The translations under genes and the position numbers were made by a program. Below are positions 29,219 to 39,082 of a stretch of DNA of 64,000 nt, one piece after another (positions within the stretch are counted from its first letter, which is position 1; every line of letters starts with the position of its first letter). The notes beneath the pieces were generated by a model. The model saw only the letters and a list, made by a program, of their open reading frames with translations, did not search any database and was not told where the DNA came from. The stretch is from an uncultured Gammaproteobacteria bacterium (GTDB taxonomy: Bacteria; Patescibacteriota; Patescibacteriia; Magasanikbacterales; GWA2-37-8): positions 246 to 64,245 of the forward strand of contig CAYZGX010000005.1 in assembly GCA_964478235.1 (NCBI GenBank), in the 5' to 3' direction.

Positions 29219-29550
29219 ACTTTTCTATCACTATTTTTGAGTGCTACTTCACGAGTAAGCGTGGTAATATCCCGTTTTGCCCGCTCCAAAGCGACCACCA
29301 AGCGAAAAACAGTAAAAAATAAAATAAAGAGCGAGACATACACTACCAAATCGGCTCCGCGGCCAACACCGAGGAGTTTGGCCGACTGCGAGGCCACTTC
29401 GGGAATAATAACCACTACCAAGGCCGATAAAAACACGCCGGCCCACACGAGCAGGCTACCAAGCGACACATCGTTGGCCCGGAAACGAGCCAACACCCGA
29501 ACGAGCGCAAGAAGACAAAAAATGATTAAAACAATTTGAATCGGCATCAT
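29215..29550 (-). CDS. DUF2304-like small membrane protein (GT2-associated)
   Basis: 111 aa, 3 TM, LVRVLARFR motif. This arrangement immediately downstream of a GtrB-type GT2 is the common DUF2304 context. Confidence 0.55.
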   Translation of the reverse strand: MMPIQIVLIIFCLLALVRVLARFRANDVSLGSLLVWAGVFLSALVVVIIPEVASQSAKLLGVGRGADLVVYVSLFILFFTVFRLVVALERAKRDITTLTREVALKNSDRKV

Positions 29551-29555
29551 ACTCC

Positions 29556-30218
29556 TTATTTAATAAATGAACCAAAGATGAGATCGGCGACAATACGAAG
29601 ACCGCCAAGCACACCTTGGCCATATTCATGGTACGTCACTTCCACCGGAAATTCAATAAACGGCAGGGCATTAGCGTGTACTTGGCGGACAATGTCGGTG
29701 TTATGAGCCATACCGTCATAGCGAATAACAATTTTTTTGACGGCCGAGCGAGTGAGAATGCGAAAACCATTATGAGCGTCAGATAAATACAAGCCAGTAA
29801 AGAAAAAATTCAATACTCGCGCTACTGGCAAAATAACCACTCGCTTAAACCATGGCAATTTAGAACGTGCATCAAGAAAGCGAGATCCGAAGAGCACCTC
29901 TGCTTGTGCCTTAGTAAGCGCCTCAATCGCTGGTGCAATATCGGCTGGATTAAATTGTAAGTCAGCATCAAAATGAACCACGAGTGTCGCCCCCTGAGAC
30001 AAGGCATATTCATCCCCCGTCTGAAGCGCCGCTCCTTGCCCACGATTGACAACATGGCGAAGCACCGTTGCCCCAGAAGAGCGCGCCTCCCCCGCCGTAT
30101 CGTCAGTTGAGCCATCATCCACCACTACAACGTGAGTAAAACCATGTTCAAAAAGGCCGCGGATAACGCGACCTATTTTTTGACCTTCATTATAGGCTGG
30201 GATAACGACAACCTGCAT
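29556..30218 (-). CDS. glycosyltransferase family 2 (polyprenyl-phosphate sugar synthase, DPM1/GtrB-like)
   Basis: VVIPAYNE, VVVDDGSTD, DAD..F GT-A motifs. Confidence 0.85.
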   Translation of the reverse strand: MQVVVIPAYNEGQKIGRVIRGLFEHGFTHVVVVDDGSTDDTAGEARSSGATVLRHVVNRGQGAALQTGDEYALSQGATLVVHFDADLQFNPADIAPAIEALTKAQAEVLFGSRFLDARSKLPWFKRVVILPVARVLNFFFTGLYLSDAHNGFRILTRSAVKKIVIRYDGMAHNTDIVRQVHANALPFIEFPVEVTYHEYGQGVLGGLRIVADLIFGSFIK

Positions 30219-30223
30219 ACAGC

Positions 30224-31258
30224 TTATCTAAGCGTCGGTGAACCAAAATCATTATTAAACATCAAGGCTTCGCGGTGGGCAATAACGTAATCAATCGTCT
30301 TGCGCAAACCGTCTTCAAGACGAACCAGAGGCATCCAACCCATTGTTTCCTTAGTATAAGTTAAATCAGGAATACCCTTGCGTGTCAAGAAGAGAAGCGG
30401 TTTTTCAAAGACCAGTTTTGACTTAGAATTGGTCATAGAAATAACCATCTCTGCCACCTCTTTGTAAGGCACTTCACGATCACCACCAAGATTAGCAATC
30501 AATGTTGAAGGCTCAGCCGACATCAAACGCACCAAACCATCAACCATATCAGTCACATAACAGAGCGACGTGGAAAATGACTCGTCGCCATAAATTACCA
30601 AATCTTTGCCTTGAAGCGCGTTGTAGATAAAATCAGGGATCAGCCGCTTTTCAAGCAGTGCCATGTTCGGGCCATACGTGGTAAAGACACGGGCAATTTT
30701 AGCATCAATCCCATAGACCTGACGATAGGTGTCCACGCATGTTTCCGCAAAACGCTTACCTTCATCATAACAAGCGCGTGGCGAAATATGGTGCACCACC
30801 CCATGATCGGTTTCTTTAAAGGTGCGGCGATTATCAACACTTTCGCCATAAACCACTGAGCTGGAAGTAAACAAATATTTAGCTCGATATTTTACCGCTA
30901 AATCAAGGGAGTTAATCATCGTAACCGAGTTGGCACGAAGCGCATCCATTTTCATCTTTTCAAAATTTTCTGGGTTAGCACTACAAGCCAAATTATATAC
31001 CTCTTGAATCCCCTGAAACTTCACCCGGAACTTATCCAGCTCATCAAAAGCGTTCAAATCAATCGGTGTCGTAACATCATGATTGATAAATTCAAAATCA
31101 GGATACTGTAATAAATGTTTAATATTGTTCGGGTGCGAATTAGTGAAGTTATCAATACAGATAACATTCGCATCACGAAGCAGGCGCTCACACAAATGCG
31201 AGCCGATAAACCCAGCCCCTCCGAGGACAAGGACGTTCTTTTTTTCAAAAATTGGCAT
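30224..31258 (-). CDS. NAD-dependent UDP-sugar epimerase/dehydratase (UDP-glucuronate decarboxylase/UXS-like SDR)
   Basis: VLVLGGAGFIGSHL Rossmann motif, YDEGKR catalytic YxxxK; start at ATG 31258. Confidence 0.85.
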   Translation of the reverse strand: MPIFEKKNVLVLGGAGFIGSHLCERLLRDANVICIDNFTNSHPNNIKHLLQYPDFEFINHDVTTPIDLNAFDELDKFRVKFQGIQEVYNLACSANPENFEKMKMDALRANSVTMINSLDLAVKYRAKYLFTSSSVVYGESVDNRRTFKETDHGVVHHISPRACYDEGKRFAETCVDTYRQVYGIDAKIARVFTTYGPNMALLEKRLIPDFIYNALQGKDLVIYGDESFSTSLCYVTDMVDGLVRLMSAEPSTLIANLGGDREVPYKEVAEMVISMTNSKSKLVFEKPLLFLTRKGIPDLTYTKETMGWMPLVRLEDGLRKTIDYVIAHREALMFNNDFGSPTLR

Positions 31259-31315
31259 TGAGTCCACCATACGATAGGTTTATATAAAGAGTACGTACCA
31301 AGAAGTATACCATTT

Positions 31316-33247
31316 TTAGCGCGAAACTGGCAAAACAACCTTACCCTGCTCAGCGTTACGATTATCACGAACACCAAACTTCCCCCCAAGCGAAGTATAC
31401 GGGACAAATCCGAGTCGTCCATGAGCCCCACGAACAATCAGAAGACGCCAAATCTTTTTAGAATTAACAGCGCCTAAAGTGTCAAAACGACTCGTCTTTA
31501 AAGAAACATCAATGATAGCCTGAAGTGTATCTTTGCCGCGCGTAAATAGCAGAACTACCTGTTCTCCCCCATCGCCTTGAAGTGGTGCCATTGTCATAGT
31601 GACAAAAGATCGCACATTTGGAATGGTGTATGACGTCGCCTCATCATCAAGCAAATTAAACTGTTCTAAAAGCAATCCTTTATTTTTAGCATTTCGCGCA
31701 AACACCACAACTGGCGATTGAATACCAGTCGACCATGCAACAACACTATCATTAACAATATACCCTTTACGTTCAACTCCCTTAGCGTCATACATCGCAA
31801 AGGTAGATTTCTTACTCTTCATATTATACCGGCCAACCATCACCGCTCCCGGATACTGCGTGAGTGAAACTTGGCGAATGCCAAGTAGTTTTTCATTAGC
31901 ACTAGGGGCAAAAGGCAGTGAATATTCACTCTCTAAGCCGCCGTCTGGGCGAAGCAGACGAATATAGTAGGTTTTATCACGCTGCAACAATAGTGCTACT
32001 GTTTTATCTAAAGGATCAGAAGATAGACTCAAAATACGTGAACCAGAAACAAAAGCGAGCGTAGAAGTCGCACCGGTTACAACATCGCGCGAGAATACCT
32101 GATTACCTGAAAAGGTATACAGCATTCCTTCGGGCTCAGGGCTCGGAGCACTATCAGCCGATTGAAGAGCTCGACCAACATTGAGCCGGCTAACGGTAAA
32201 TCCAGAGTTTACCCCCGTGATTGAGTCTGCACTAGAAATAAGCGTAGAAATAATGGTTGGCGCTACCCAATCCGGTCGACGAGCTTTGAGAAGCGCGGCA
32301 GCACCAGCAATCAAAGGGGCGGCAAATGATGTCCCGCGCCACGGCCCACCAAATGAATTGGTGTAACCATATTGCGGAGCGTAGCGCTCCGTCGAATACA
32401 AACCATCACCCGGCGCCATAATATCAATACAACTATGGGTATTACTAAAATCACTAACAACATCGCGACCATCTACCGAACCAACGGCTAGAATCCAATT
32501 TTCAACCGAGCCTTTGTCGTAGCAAGCGGGAAACGTATTGATAAGACCACTCACGTCTGAAGTATGATTGCCGGCTGCTGCCACAATCACAATGCCTTTT
32601 TTATATGCCTGATAGAGCGTTTCTTTAAGGAGTGCATCACTCATTTCAGAAACAAAACTCATACTAATTACATCAACCCCCTCCGCAACAGCATAGTCAA
32701 CCGCTTTAATAACGTTACTAATCGCTCCAGAGCCATGGCTATTAATCGCTCGAAGAGGCATCATTTGAACATTCCAGTTCAAACCCACACCATCTCGACT
32801 ATTATCACCACGAGCGCCGATGAGACCGGCAATAATGGTGCCATGACTCACTGATTCTTTATCATCGCGAGAATCAAACACCGACGTTCGAGGATCGTTG
32901 GTATTCTCCACAAAGTTCCAACCATGAACATCGTCAACATACCCATTTCTATCATCATCAATATTATTATCTGGAACCTCTTTTTTATTTGTCCAAACAT
33001 TAGATGCTAAATCATCATGCCAGCTATCAAAGCCGGTATCAATAATAGCAACAATCACCTGCTTTGACCCCGTAGAAATATCCCAGGCTGTGGGCGCATT
33101 AATCTGCGACCACATCATCTGCTGATCGGCAAAACGCGGATCATTTGGAGTGCGAGCCATAACGCTTCCTGGAAACGAAAAAACAGTCGCAAGACTAGCG
33201 ACCGTAAGGATTGCCTTTTTTGCTACTGTGCGATATACTCTGACCAT
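31316..33247 (-). CDS. secreted subtilisin-like serine protease (peptidase S8) with ~290-aa C-terminal beta-rich extension
   Basis: Catalytic triad blocks AIIDTGFD (Asp), HGTIIAGLIG (His), GTSFAAPLIAGAAALL (Ser). Start trimmed to ATG 33247, which yields a signal peptide MVRVYRTVAKKAILTVASLATVFSFPGSVMA. Confidence 0.85.
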   Translation of the reverse strand: MVRVYRTVAKKAILTVASLATVFSFPGSVMARTPNDPRFADQQMMWSQINAPTAWDISTGSKQVIVAIIDTGFDSWHDDLASNVWTNKKEVPDNNIDDDRNGYVDDVHGWNFVENTNDPRTSVFDSRDDKESVSHGTIIAGLIGARGDNSRDGVGLNWNVQMMPLRAINSHGSGAISNVIKAVDYAVAEGVDVISMSFVSEMSDALLKETLYQAYKKGIVIVAAAGNHTSDVSGLINTFPACYDKGSVENWILAVGSVDGRDVVSDFSNTHSCIDIMAPGDGLYSTERYAPQYGYTNSFGGPWRGTSFAAPLIAGAAALLKARRPDWVAPTIISTLISSADSITGVNSGFTVSRLNVGRALQSADSAPSPEPEGMLYTFSGNQVFSRDVVTGATSTLAFVSGSRILSLSSDPLDKTVALLLQRDKTYYIRLLRPDGGLESEYSLPFAPSANEKLLGIRQVSLTQYPGAVMVGRYNMKSKKSTFAMYDAKGVERKGYIVNDSVVAWSTGIQSPVVVFARNAKNKGLLLEQFNLLDDEATSYTIPNVRSFVTMTMAPLQGDGGEQVVLLFTRGKDTLQAIIDVSLKTSRFDTLGAVNSKKIWRLLIVRGAHGRLGFVPYTSLGGKFGVRDNRNAEQGKVVLPVSR

Positions 33248-33265
33248 AGATACATACAGTATACT

Positions 33266-34636
33266 ATGTATTATCGCGTCAAACAACTCACCCTTATTCT
33301 CGGCGATTTGAGCATGCTCTATGCCGGTTTTTTTATTGGCGTCTATGTGCGCTATGGCGGTCAGCCGCTTCCGGGAATTGTAGAAGGCCTTCTCCCCCAC
33401 CTGAGCTTTCTGTTTGTTGGTGCCTTGAGCATTCTTTTTATTATCGGCCTCTACGACATCGGCAAAAACAGAAACACCGCAGGATTTTTCAAAAAAATAC
33501 TTATCTCCGCCGTTATTTGGATGATGCTCGCCGTTATCTTCTTCTATACTAACACCACTCAAAACGTTACCCCAAAAACCACCCTAGCCCTTGTTACCTT
33601 ATTTAGTTTTGGCTTCATCGCTTTGTGGCGCGCTTTATATAACCAATTCATTTCTACAGCTTTTCTCACCACTAAAGTTATTTTTGCCGGCGCTGTGGCC
33701 GAAACAATCGAAGTGATGAAACTGCTCACCTCTGGACGAGAACACGGCTACGAAGTTTTGGGCTATGTTAGTAAATCAGCTCAAGCTGAACTTGGCGATT
33801 TGCCACACCACACCACCATCAACGGACTTATTAAAAAAGTTGGCTTTCCTGAACTCATCGTCGTTTCACCACCACTCACCAATAACCAAGCAGTTCTGAA
33901 CGAACTCTACGAAGCAATTTTCCGCCAAACGAGCGTCGTGATGCTCAGTGATTTTTATGAGCAACTTTTTGGTCGCGTCCCGTCATTTATCTTTTCCGAA
34001 AGCTGGTTTATCACCAATCTACGCGAACAACAGAAAAAAATATATGACCGTCTGCGCATTTTCCTAGACTACGCCGCAGCGATTCTTATGGGTGCCTTCT
34101 TTGTTGTCACCTTCCCACTCGTCGCTCTCGCTATCAAACTAAGCTCTCGCGGACCAGTTCTTTTCCGCCAAGTGCGCATCGGTCGGGGTGGTCAAAAATT
34201 CACTATCGTGAAATATCGCACAATGCAGGCACTCAGCTCTGACGGTAGCGCCGAAGTAGCTGGCCCAGAATTTGCCAAAATTGGCGACAGTCGCGTCACC
34301 GCTGTTGGCACACTTCTCCGCCGGACTCGCATTGATGAAATCCCTCAATTTTGGAATATCCTGCGTGGCGAAATGGGGCTCATCGGCCCACGCCCTGAGC
34401 GACCAGAGTTTGTTGAACAACTTACTCAAGAAATGCCATTCTACACTCTCCGCCACCTGATTAAGCCAGGGCTCACTGGCTGGGCACAAGTACAACACTC
34501 CTATTACGGCACCCTGTCAGAAAATCTCCTCAAGCTTCAATATGACCTCTATTATGTGAAGCACCGCGGTCCGCTGATTGACCTCTCTATTGCTCTCAAA
34601 ACCATCAACGTCCTCGCTCGTTTCATGGGACGCTAA
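33266..34636 (+). CDS. polyprenyl-phosphate hexose-1-phosphate (sugar) transferase, WbaP/CpsE family
   Basis: 4-5 N-terminal TM helices, then the bacterial sugar transferase domain (GPVLFRQVRIGRGGQKFTIVKYRTM, DEIPQFWNILRGEMGLIGPRPERPEF); alternative start at 33314. Confidence 0.9.
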   Translation: MYYRVKQLTLILGDLSMLYAGFFIGVYVRYGGQPLPGIVEGLLPHLSFLFVGALSILFIIGLYDIGKNRNTAGFFKKILISAVIWMMLAVIFFYTNTTQNVTPKTTLALVTLFSFGFIALWRALYNQFISTAFLTTKVIFAGAVAETIEVMKLLTSGREHGYEVLGYVSKSAQAELGDLPHHTTINGLIKKVGFPELIVVSPPLTNNQAVLNELYEAIFRQTSVVMLSDFYEQLFGRVPSFIFSESWFITNLREQQKKIYDRLRIFLDYAAAILMGAFFVVTFPLVALAIKLSSRGPVLFRQVRIGRGGQKFTIVKYRTMQALSSDGSAEVAGPEFAKIGDSRVTAVGTLLRRTRIDEIPQFWNILRGEMGLIGPRPERPEFVEQLTQEMPFYTLRHLIKPGLTGWAQVQHSYYGTLSENLLKLQYDLYYVKHRGPLIDLSIALKTINVLARFMGR

Positions 34637-34672
34637 AAAACAGACCATTCGTGGTCTGTTTTTTTATTTTTT
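34637..34672. terminator. bidirectional rho-independent terminator between convergent sugar transferase and pyrG
   Basis: AAAAAACAGACCATTCGTGGTCTGTTTTTTTATTTTTT. Confidence 0.85.
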
Positions 34673-34675
34673 ACA

Positions 34676-36310
34676 CTACACACTCCGCTTCAACGCTGCC
34701 TGTACCAACCCAACAAAGAGCGGGTGCGGACGAAGTGGGCGCGATTTAAATTCTGGATGAAACTGTACCCCGATAAAATACGGATGATCTTTTAGTTCTA
34801 CAATTTCTACTAAATCAGTTTCGGGATTGACCCCCACAATCTGCATACCATTTTTTTCTAGAGCCTCACGGTAGTCATTATTAAATTCATACCGATGACG
34901 GTGGCGCTCATGAATAACTGATTCGCCATACGCTTTGAGCGCTTTACTCCCCGGACGCAAATCACATTGATACGATCCAAGACGCATCGTCCCACCATAT
35001 TTATGATTTTTAACGTTCTTCGCTTGCTTCGGATTAATATGGATAATTGGATCTGGTGTTTGTTTATCAACTTCAACAGTGTGTGCTTTAGTAGCACCGA
35101 CAACATTGCGTGCAAATTCAACAGTAGCCAACTGCATGCCATAACACAAACCTAAGTACGGAATATTTTTCTCGCGAGCAAACCGAATGGCTCGGATAAT
35201 TCCCTCAATACCACGCGTCCCAAAACCACCCGGCACAATCACGGCATGAAACGCAGATAGCTCACTCACTTTTTTAGGATTTTTTTCATACGCCTCAGAA
35301 TCTATCCAAGTGAGCTCGGGTTTGGCGCCCTTTGACCAAGCAGCATGCTTAATCGCTTCAATCACCGAATGATACGAATCGGACAAAGTGTAATTCCCTG
35401 TCCCAAAATATTTACCAATCACCGCAATTTTTACTGGCTTATCGGCTGTTTTAAAACTCTTAGCAAAAGTCTGCCAAGCTGTGTCGGTTTTGCTAGAAAA
35501 TTTCAATTTCAAACGCCGACCAATTTTCTGACTAAAATCTTGTCGTTCAAATAACGCAGGGATATCGTAAATACTTGGCACATCTGGCGCCGAAATAATA
35601 CTATCCTCAGAGCGAAGACCGCAGAAAAGCGCTAATTTTTCACGACGAGGGGCATCTAATTCCTCTGGACCACGGGCCACAATAAAATCCGCCTGAATAC
35701 CGCTCGAGTTGAGCGTATGCGAAGCGTATTGTGTCGGCTTAGTTTTCATCTCGCCCAAATGACCCGGCACCGGCATATAACTCACGAGTACAAACGCCAC
35801 ATCATCTGGTGTGTCGAGCTTCATCATGCGGGCTGCTTCCAAAAACAAAATGTTTTGGTACTCCCCCACTGTGCCACCAACTTCAACAATCATTACTTCG
35901 GCTTTATCGGCTTTGGCTGCTCGCTTGATACGACTAACCACTTCCATCGGAATGTGTGGTACTACTTCCACACATTTACCTTTGTAGTACATGCTTCGCT
36001 CTTGTTCAATTACACTCAAATACACCCGACCGGTGGTCATGTAGTTTGGCGAATTAATATCTCTATTTAAAAAACGTTCGTAGTTGCCGATATCCTGATC
36101 AGTTTCGTCACCATCATCGGTGACAAATACTTCACCGTGTTCAATCGGATTCATCGTCCCTGCATCAATATTGATATACGGATCAATCTTAATCGCCGAG
36201 ACGGCAATCCCTCGATTGTTGAGAATACGTCCAATCGACGCCGCCGTCACCCCTTTACCAACACCACTCAATACCCCACCAACAACAAAGATATATTTTG
36301 TTTTCAACAT
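34676..36310 (-). CDS. pyrG: CTP synthase
   Basis: N-terminal FVVGGVLSGVGKG, GATase domain with GLCYGMQ. Confidence 0.95.
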   Translation of the reverse strand: MLKTKYIFVVGGVLSGVGKGVTAASIGRILNNRGIAVSAIKIDPYINIDAGTMNPIEHGEVFVTDDGDETDQDIGNYERFLNRDINSPNYMTTGRVYLSVIEQERSMYYKGKCVEVVPHIPMEVVSRIKRAAKADKAEVMIVEVGGTVGEYQNILFLEAARMMKLDTPDDVAFVLVSYMPVPGHLGEMKTKPTQYASHTLNSSGIQADFIVARGPEELDAPRREKLALFCGLRSEDSIISAPDVPSIYDIPALFERQDFSQKIGRRLKLKFSSKTDTAWQTFAKSFKTADKPVKIAVIGKYFGTGNYTLSDSYHSVIEAIKHAAWSKGAKPELTWIDSEAYEKNPKKVSELSAFHAVIVPGGFGTRGIEGIIRAIRFAREKNIPYLGLCYGMQLATVEFARNVVGATKAHTVEVDKQTPDPIIHINPKQAKNVKNHKYGGTMRLGSYQCDLRPGSKALKAYGESVIHERHRHRYEFNNDYREALEKNGMQIVGVNPETDLVEIVELKDHPYFIGVQFHPEFKSRPLRPHPLFVGLVQAALKRSV

Positions 36311-36319
36311 AGTGTGTAA

Positions 36320-36760
36320 TTAGGAGACCAACACATGGAGAGTGAGACTAGCCTCAATCCCATGCTTAAAAACGACCGTCACTGCATAAGTGCCCGGCTC
36401 TTTAATAGACTTCATTTGAATTTGTTCTTTTTTGACGCTAAATCCGGATTTGCGCAAACCATCAGCCACCCGAACAGGTGTGATAGCCGCAAACAGTTTA
36501 CCGCTTGGACTTACCTTATCTACAATTTCGAGTTCAAAGCCATCGAGCCGACTAGCCAATTTTTGCTCCACAGCAAGCTCCCCAGCCACTTCTTTGGCTT
36601 CGCGAGCATGTTTACCCTGCACCGCCTGAAGCTTTTTCTGGTCAGCTGGCACAGCCAGATGATTGGGAAACAAAAAATTACGAGCGTATCCCTCGGACAC
36701 CTCTTTTACCTCATCAATTCGACCGACCCCCTTTACGGCCGCGAGTAGAATCACTTTCAT
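36320..36760 (-). CDS. rplI: 50S ribosomal protein L9
   Basis: MKVILLAAVKGVGRIDEVKEVSEGYARNFLFP; start at the internal ATG 36760. Confidence 0.9.
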   Translation of the reverse strand: MKVILLAAVKGVGRIDEVKEVSEGYARNFLFPNHLAVPADQKKLQAVQGKHAREAKEVAGELAVEQKLASRLDGFELEIVDKVSPSGKLFAAITPVRVADGLRKSGFSVKKEQIQMKSIKEPGTYAVTVVFKHGIEASLTLHVLVS

Positions 36761-36871
36761 AGCCATTATCAGACTGGTCGGCCAAAACAAGGTCGCCAGC
36801 TTTACTTAAATGTAAAAGTAGTATACTATATGGGCGCAAATATAGCCAAGGGCTAGTTAATCACTTTTTGT

Positions 36872-37774
36872 ATGGCCGAAGGCCTCGAAACCACAACTGA
36901 AAAAACAGCTGAAAATCCGAAGAAATCCGGTATTATTACGCTTATCGGACGCTCCAACGTAGGTAAATCAACCCTCCTTAATACTGTCGTTGGGACCAAA
37001 ATCGCCGCTGTCACCGACAAACCTCAAACCACCCGTAACGTTATTCATGGGGTTTTGAACCACCCCCTCGGTCAGGCGGTGTTTGTTGACACTCCAGGTG
37101 TCTTTAAAGACCACCACAACCACCTTTCCGCTCAAATGAACGAAAGTGTCCACCAAGCGGTCAAAGACATCGACGTGGCCGTCTACGTGGTTGACCCGAC
37201 CAAATCGCTTGGCGCCGAAGAACGCTCTGTTTTGGCTCTCGTTCGCCAGTTGTCCATGCCAAAAATCTTGATTATCAATAAAAGTGACCTCCCAACCAAA
37301 GAAAAAGAATACTTGGCCGATTACGAAGCACTCAAAGAAGAATTTGATGCCACCTTCGAACTCTCTGCCCTCCGCAACCGCCACATCAAGCCATTGGTGG
37401 ATAAAATCTTCGAACTCCTGCCTGAAGGCGAGCCACTCTATCCAGATGACCAGCTCACCAACATGGACAAAGAATTTTGGATCGCTGAGCTTATTCGAGA
37501 AAAAATCTTCTTAGCCCTTCGCAAAGAAGTGCCATATACCACTCATGTAGAAGTCCAAGGCATTGAAGATAAAAAGGATATCTTGGTTATCAAAGCTATC
37601 ATCTTCACCTACGACCGCAAATACAAAGAAATGATCATCGGCGCTGGTGGACGAGCTATCAAAGAAATTGGTATCGCCGCTCGCAAAGAATTAGAACAGG
37701 CGACCAACAAAAAAGTCTATCTTGAGCTTGAAGTAGAAACCGACAAGCATTGGATGAACCGCATCGGTGAATAA
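36872..37774 (+). CDS. era: GTPase Era
   Basis: G1 GRSNVGKST, G3 DTPG, G4 NKSD, C-terminal KH domain. Confidence 0.95.
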   Translation: MAEGLETTTEKTAENPKKSGIITLIGRSNVGKSTLLNTVVGTKIAAVTDKPQTTRNVIHGVLNHPLGQAVFVDTPGVFKDHHNHLSAQMNESVHQAVKDIDVAVYVVDPTKSLGAEERSVLALVRQLSMPKILIINKSDLPTKEKEYLADYEALKEEFDATFELSALRNRHIKPLVDKIFELLPEGEPLYPDDQLTNMDKEFWIAELIREKIFLALRKEVPYTTHVEVQGIEDKKDILVIKAIIFTYDRKYKEMIIGAGGRAIKEIGIAARKELEQATNKKVYLELEVETDKHWMNRIGE

Positions 37775-37786
37775 TCCGCACAACAA

Positions 37787-37820
37787 ATAAAAACCAGCCA
37801 CATTTGGCTGGTTTTTTGTT
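37787..37820. terminator. bidirectional rho-independent terminator between convergent era and ctpA
   Basis: AAAAACCAGCCACATTTGGCTGGTTTTTTGTT. Confidence 0.85.
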
Positions 37821-37826
37821 ATCTAC

Positions 37827-39077
37827 TTATTTTTTGAGAATCTCGAGGGCTTTGTCAATCATGACATCTTCGCCAATTTTTTCCTTAGAGAAATCTTCTT
37901 TTACTTCAACATCTGGTTTAATACCCGTATGATTGATATTACCACCATTTGGGGTGTGCCATTCGGCCACAGTAATCTTGAGAGCTGAACCATCGTTAAA
38001 GGTTTCATAATCTTGCACCGAACCTTTACCGAATGATTTTTCACCAACTAACGTGGCTACTTTGTGATCTTGTAAGGCGCCAGCAACAATTTCCGAAGCC
38101 GAGGCTGATCCGCCGTTGATAAGCACTACTGTCTTCATACCAACCAAACGATGATCCCCTTCTGTTTCGTGAGTATTTTCATTGCCGCCATTAAACTTCT
38201 CACTGACAATTTTACCAGACTTTACCCATTCACTCGCCATAGTGACCGCAGCATCAAGATAGCCACCGGGATTGTTGCGCAAATCAAGAATAATACCCGT
38301 TACTTTTTTTGCTTTTAAATCAGTAATTGCTTTATCAAACTGCGGAATCGTGCGGTCGTTAAACTGCATCACGCGCAAATGAGCCACATTGCCCGGCTTC
38401 ATAGTCATAATCACCGCCGGTACATTAATTTTTGCTCGATGAATCGTCATTTCAATTGGCTTTTGTACGCCTTCGCGCATAATCGTCAATTTGACGCTGC
38501 TTGTCGCTGTACCGCGAATATGTTGCACAGCAGTTTCAACAGTCATTCCAATAGCCGACAACTCGTCGATCGCAATAATTTTATCACCTGGACGAAGACC
38601 GGCTTTTTCAGCTGGGGTATCAGGCAGTGGGGCTACGACCACCAAATCATTATTTTTTAAACCAATTTCCGCCCCAATACCACTCAATTCACCAGATAAA
38701 CTTTTGGTAAACTCAGTCGCTGCCTGCGGAGGCAAAAACACAGAATAAGGATCTTTGAGACCGTAGACCAAACCCTGCATCGCTCCATAAAAAAGATCTG
38801 TTTCAACAACTGGCTGTTTAACGTATTTTGTTTTAATTCTATCCCACACTTCCCAAAACTGACGGAACTCCACTGTATCCGAACCGTTGACCGAGCGATC
38901 AACGATCAGCGCTTTTGGCAAACCAGACAAACCGTCTGTTTCCGCTACAGCTTGTTTTACCAGCAAACTTTGTCCGACAACAATACCTAAACCAAACGAG
39001 CCAATCAAAAGCACCACCCCCATGTACGTCTTGATATACGAGCTAGCTCGAGCTTTTGTCGGAGATGATGGTGACAT
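37827..39077 (-). CDS. ctpA: carboxyl-terminal processing protease (S41) with PDZ domain, membrane-anchored
   Basis: PDZ (GLRPGDKIIAID), S41 catalytic blocks LDLRNNPGG and GGSASASEI, K in FGKGSVQ. Confidence 0.9.
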   Translation of the reverse strand: MSPSSPTKARASSYIKTYMGVVLLIGSFGLGIVVGQSLLVKQAVAETDGLSGLPKALIVDRSVNGSDTVEFRQFWEVWDRIKTKYVKQPVVETDLFYGAMQGLVYGLKDPYSVFLPPQAATEFTKSLSGELSGIGAEIGLKNNDLVVVAPLPDTPAEKAGLRPGDKIIAIDELSAIGMTVETAVQHIRGTATSSVKLTIMREGVQKPIEMTIHRAKINVPAVIMTMKPGNVAHLRVMQFNDRTIPQFDKAITDLKAKKVTGIILDLRNNPGGYLDAAVTMASEWVKSGKIVSEKFNGGNENTHETEGDHRLVGMKTVVLINGGSASASEIVAGALQDHKVATLVGEKSFGKGSVQDYETFNDGSALKITVAEWHTPNGGNINHTGIKPDVEVKEDFSKEKIGEDVMIDKALEILKK

Positions 39078-39082
39078 ACAAA

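Noticed and set aside
36791-36871. Direct GGTCGCC/GGTCGGCC repeats between divergent rplI and era
   Set aside because: Too short and imperfect to call a specific operator; likely just promoter region
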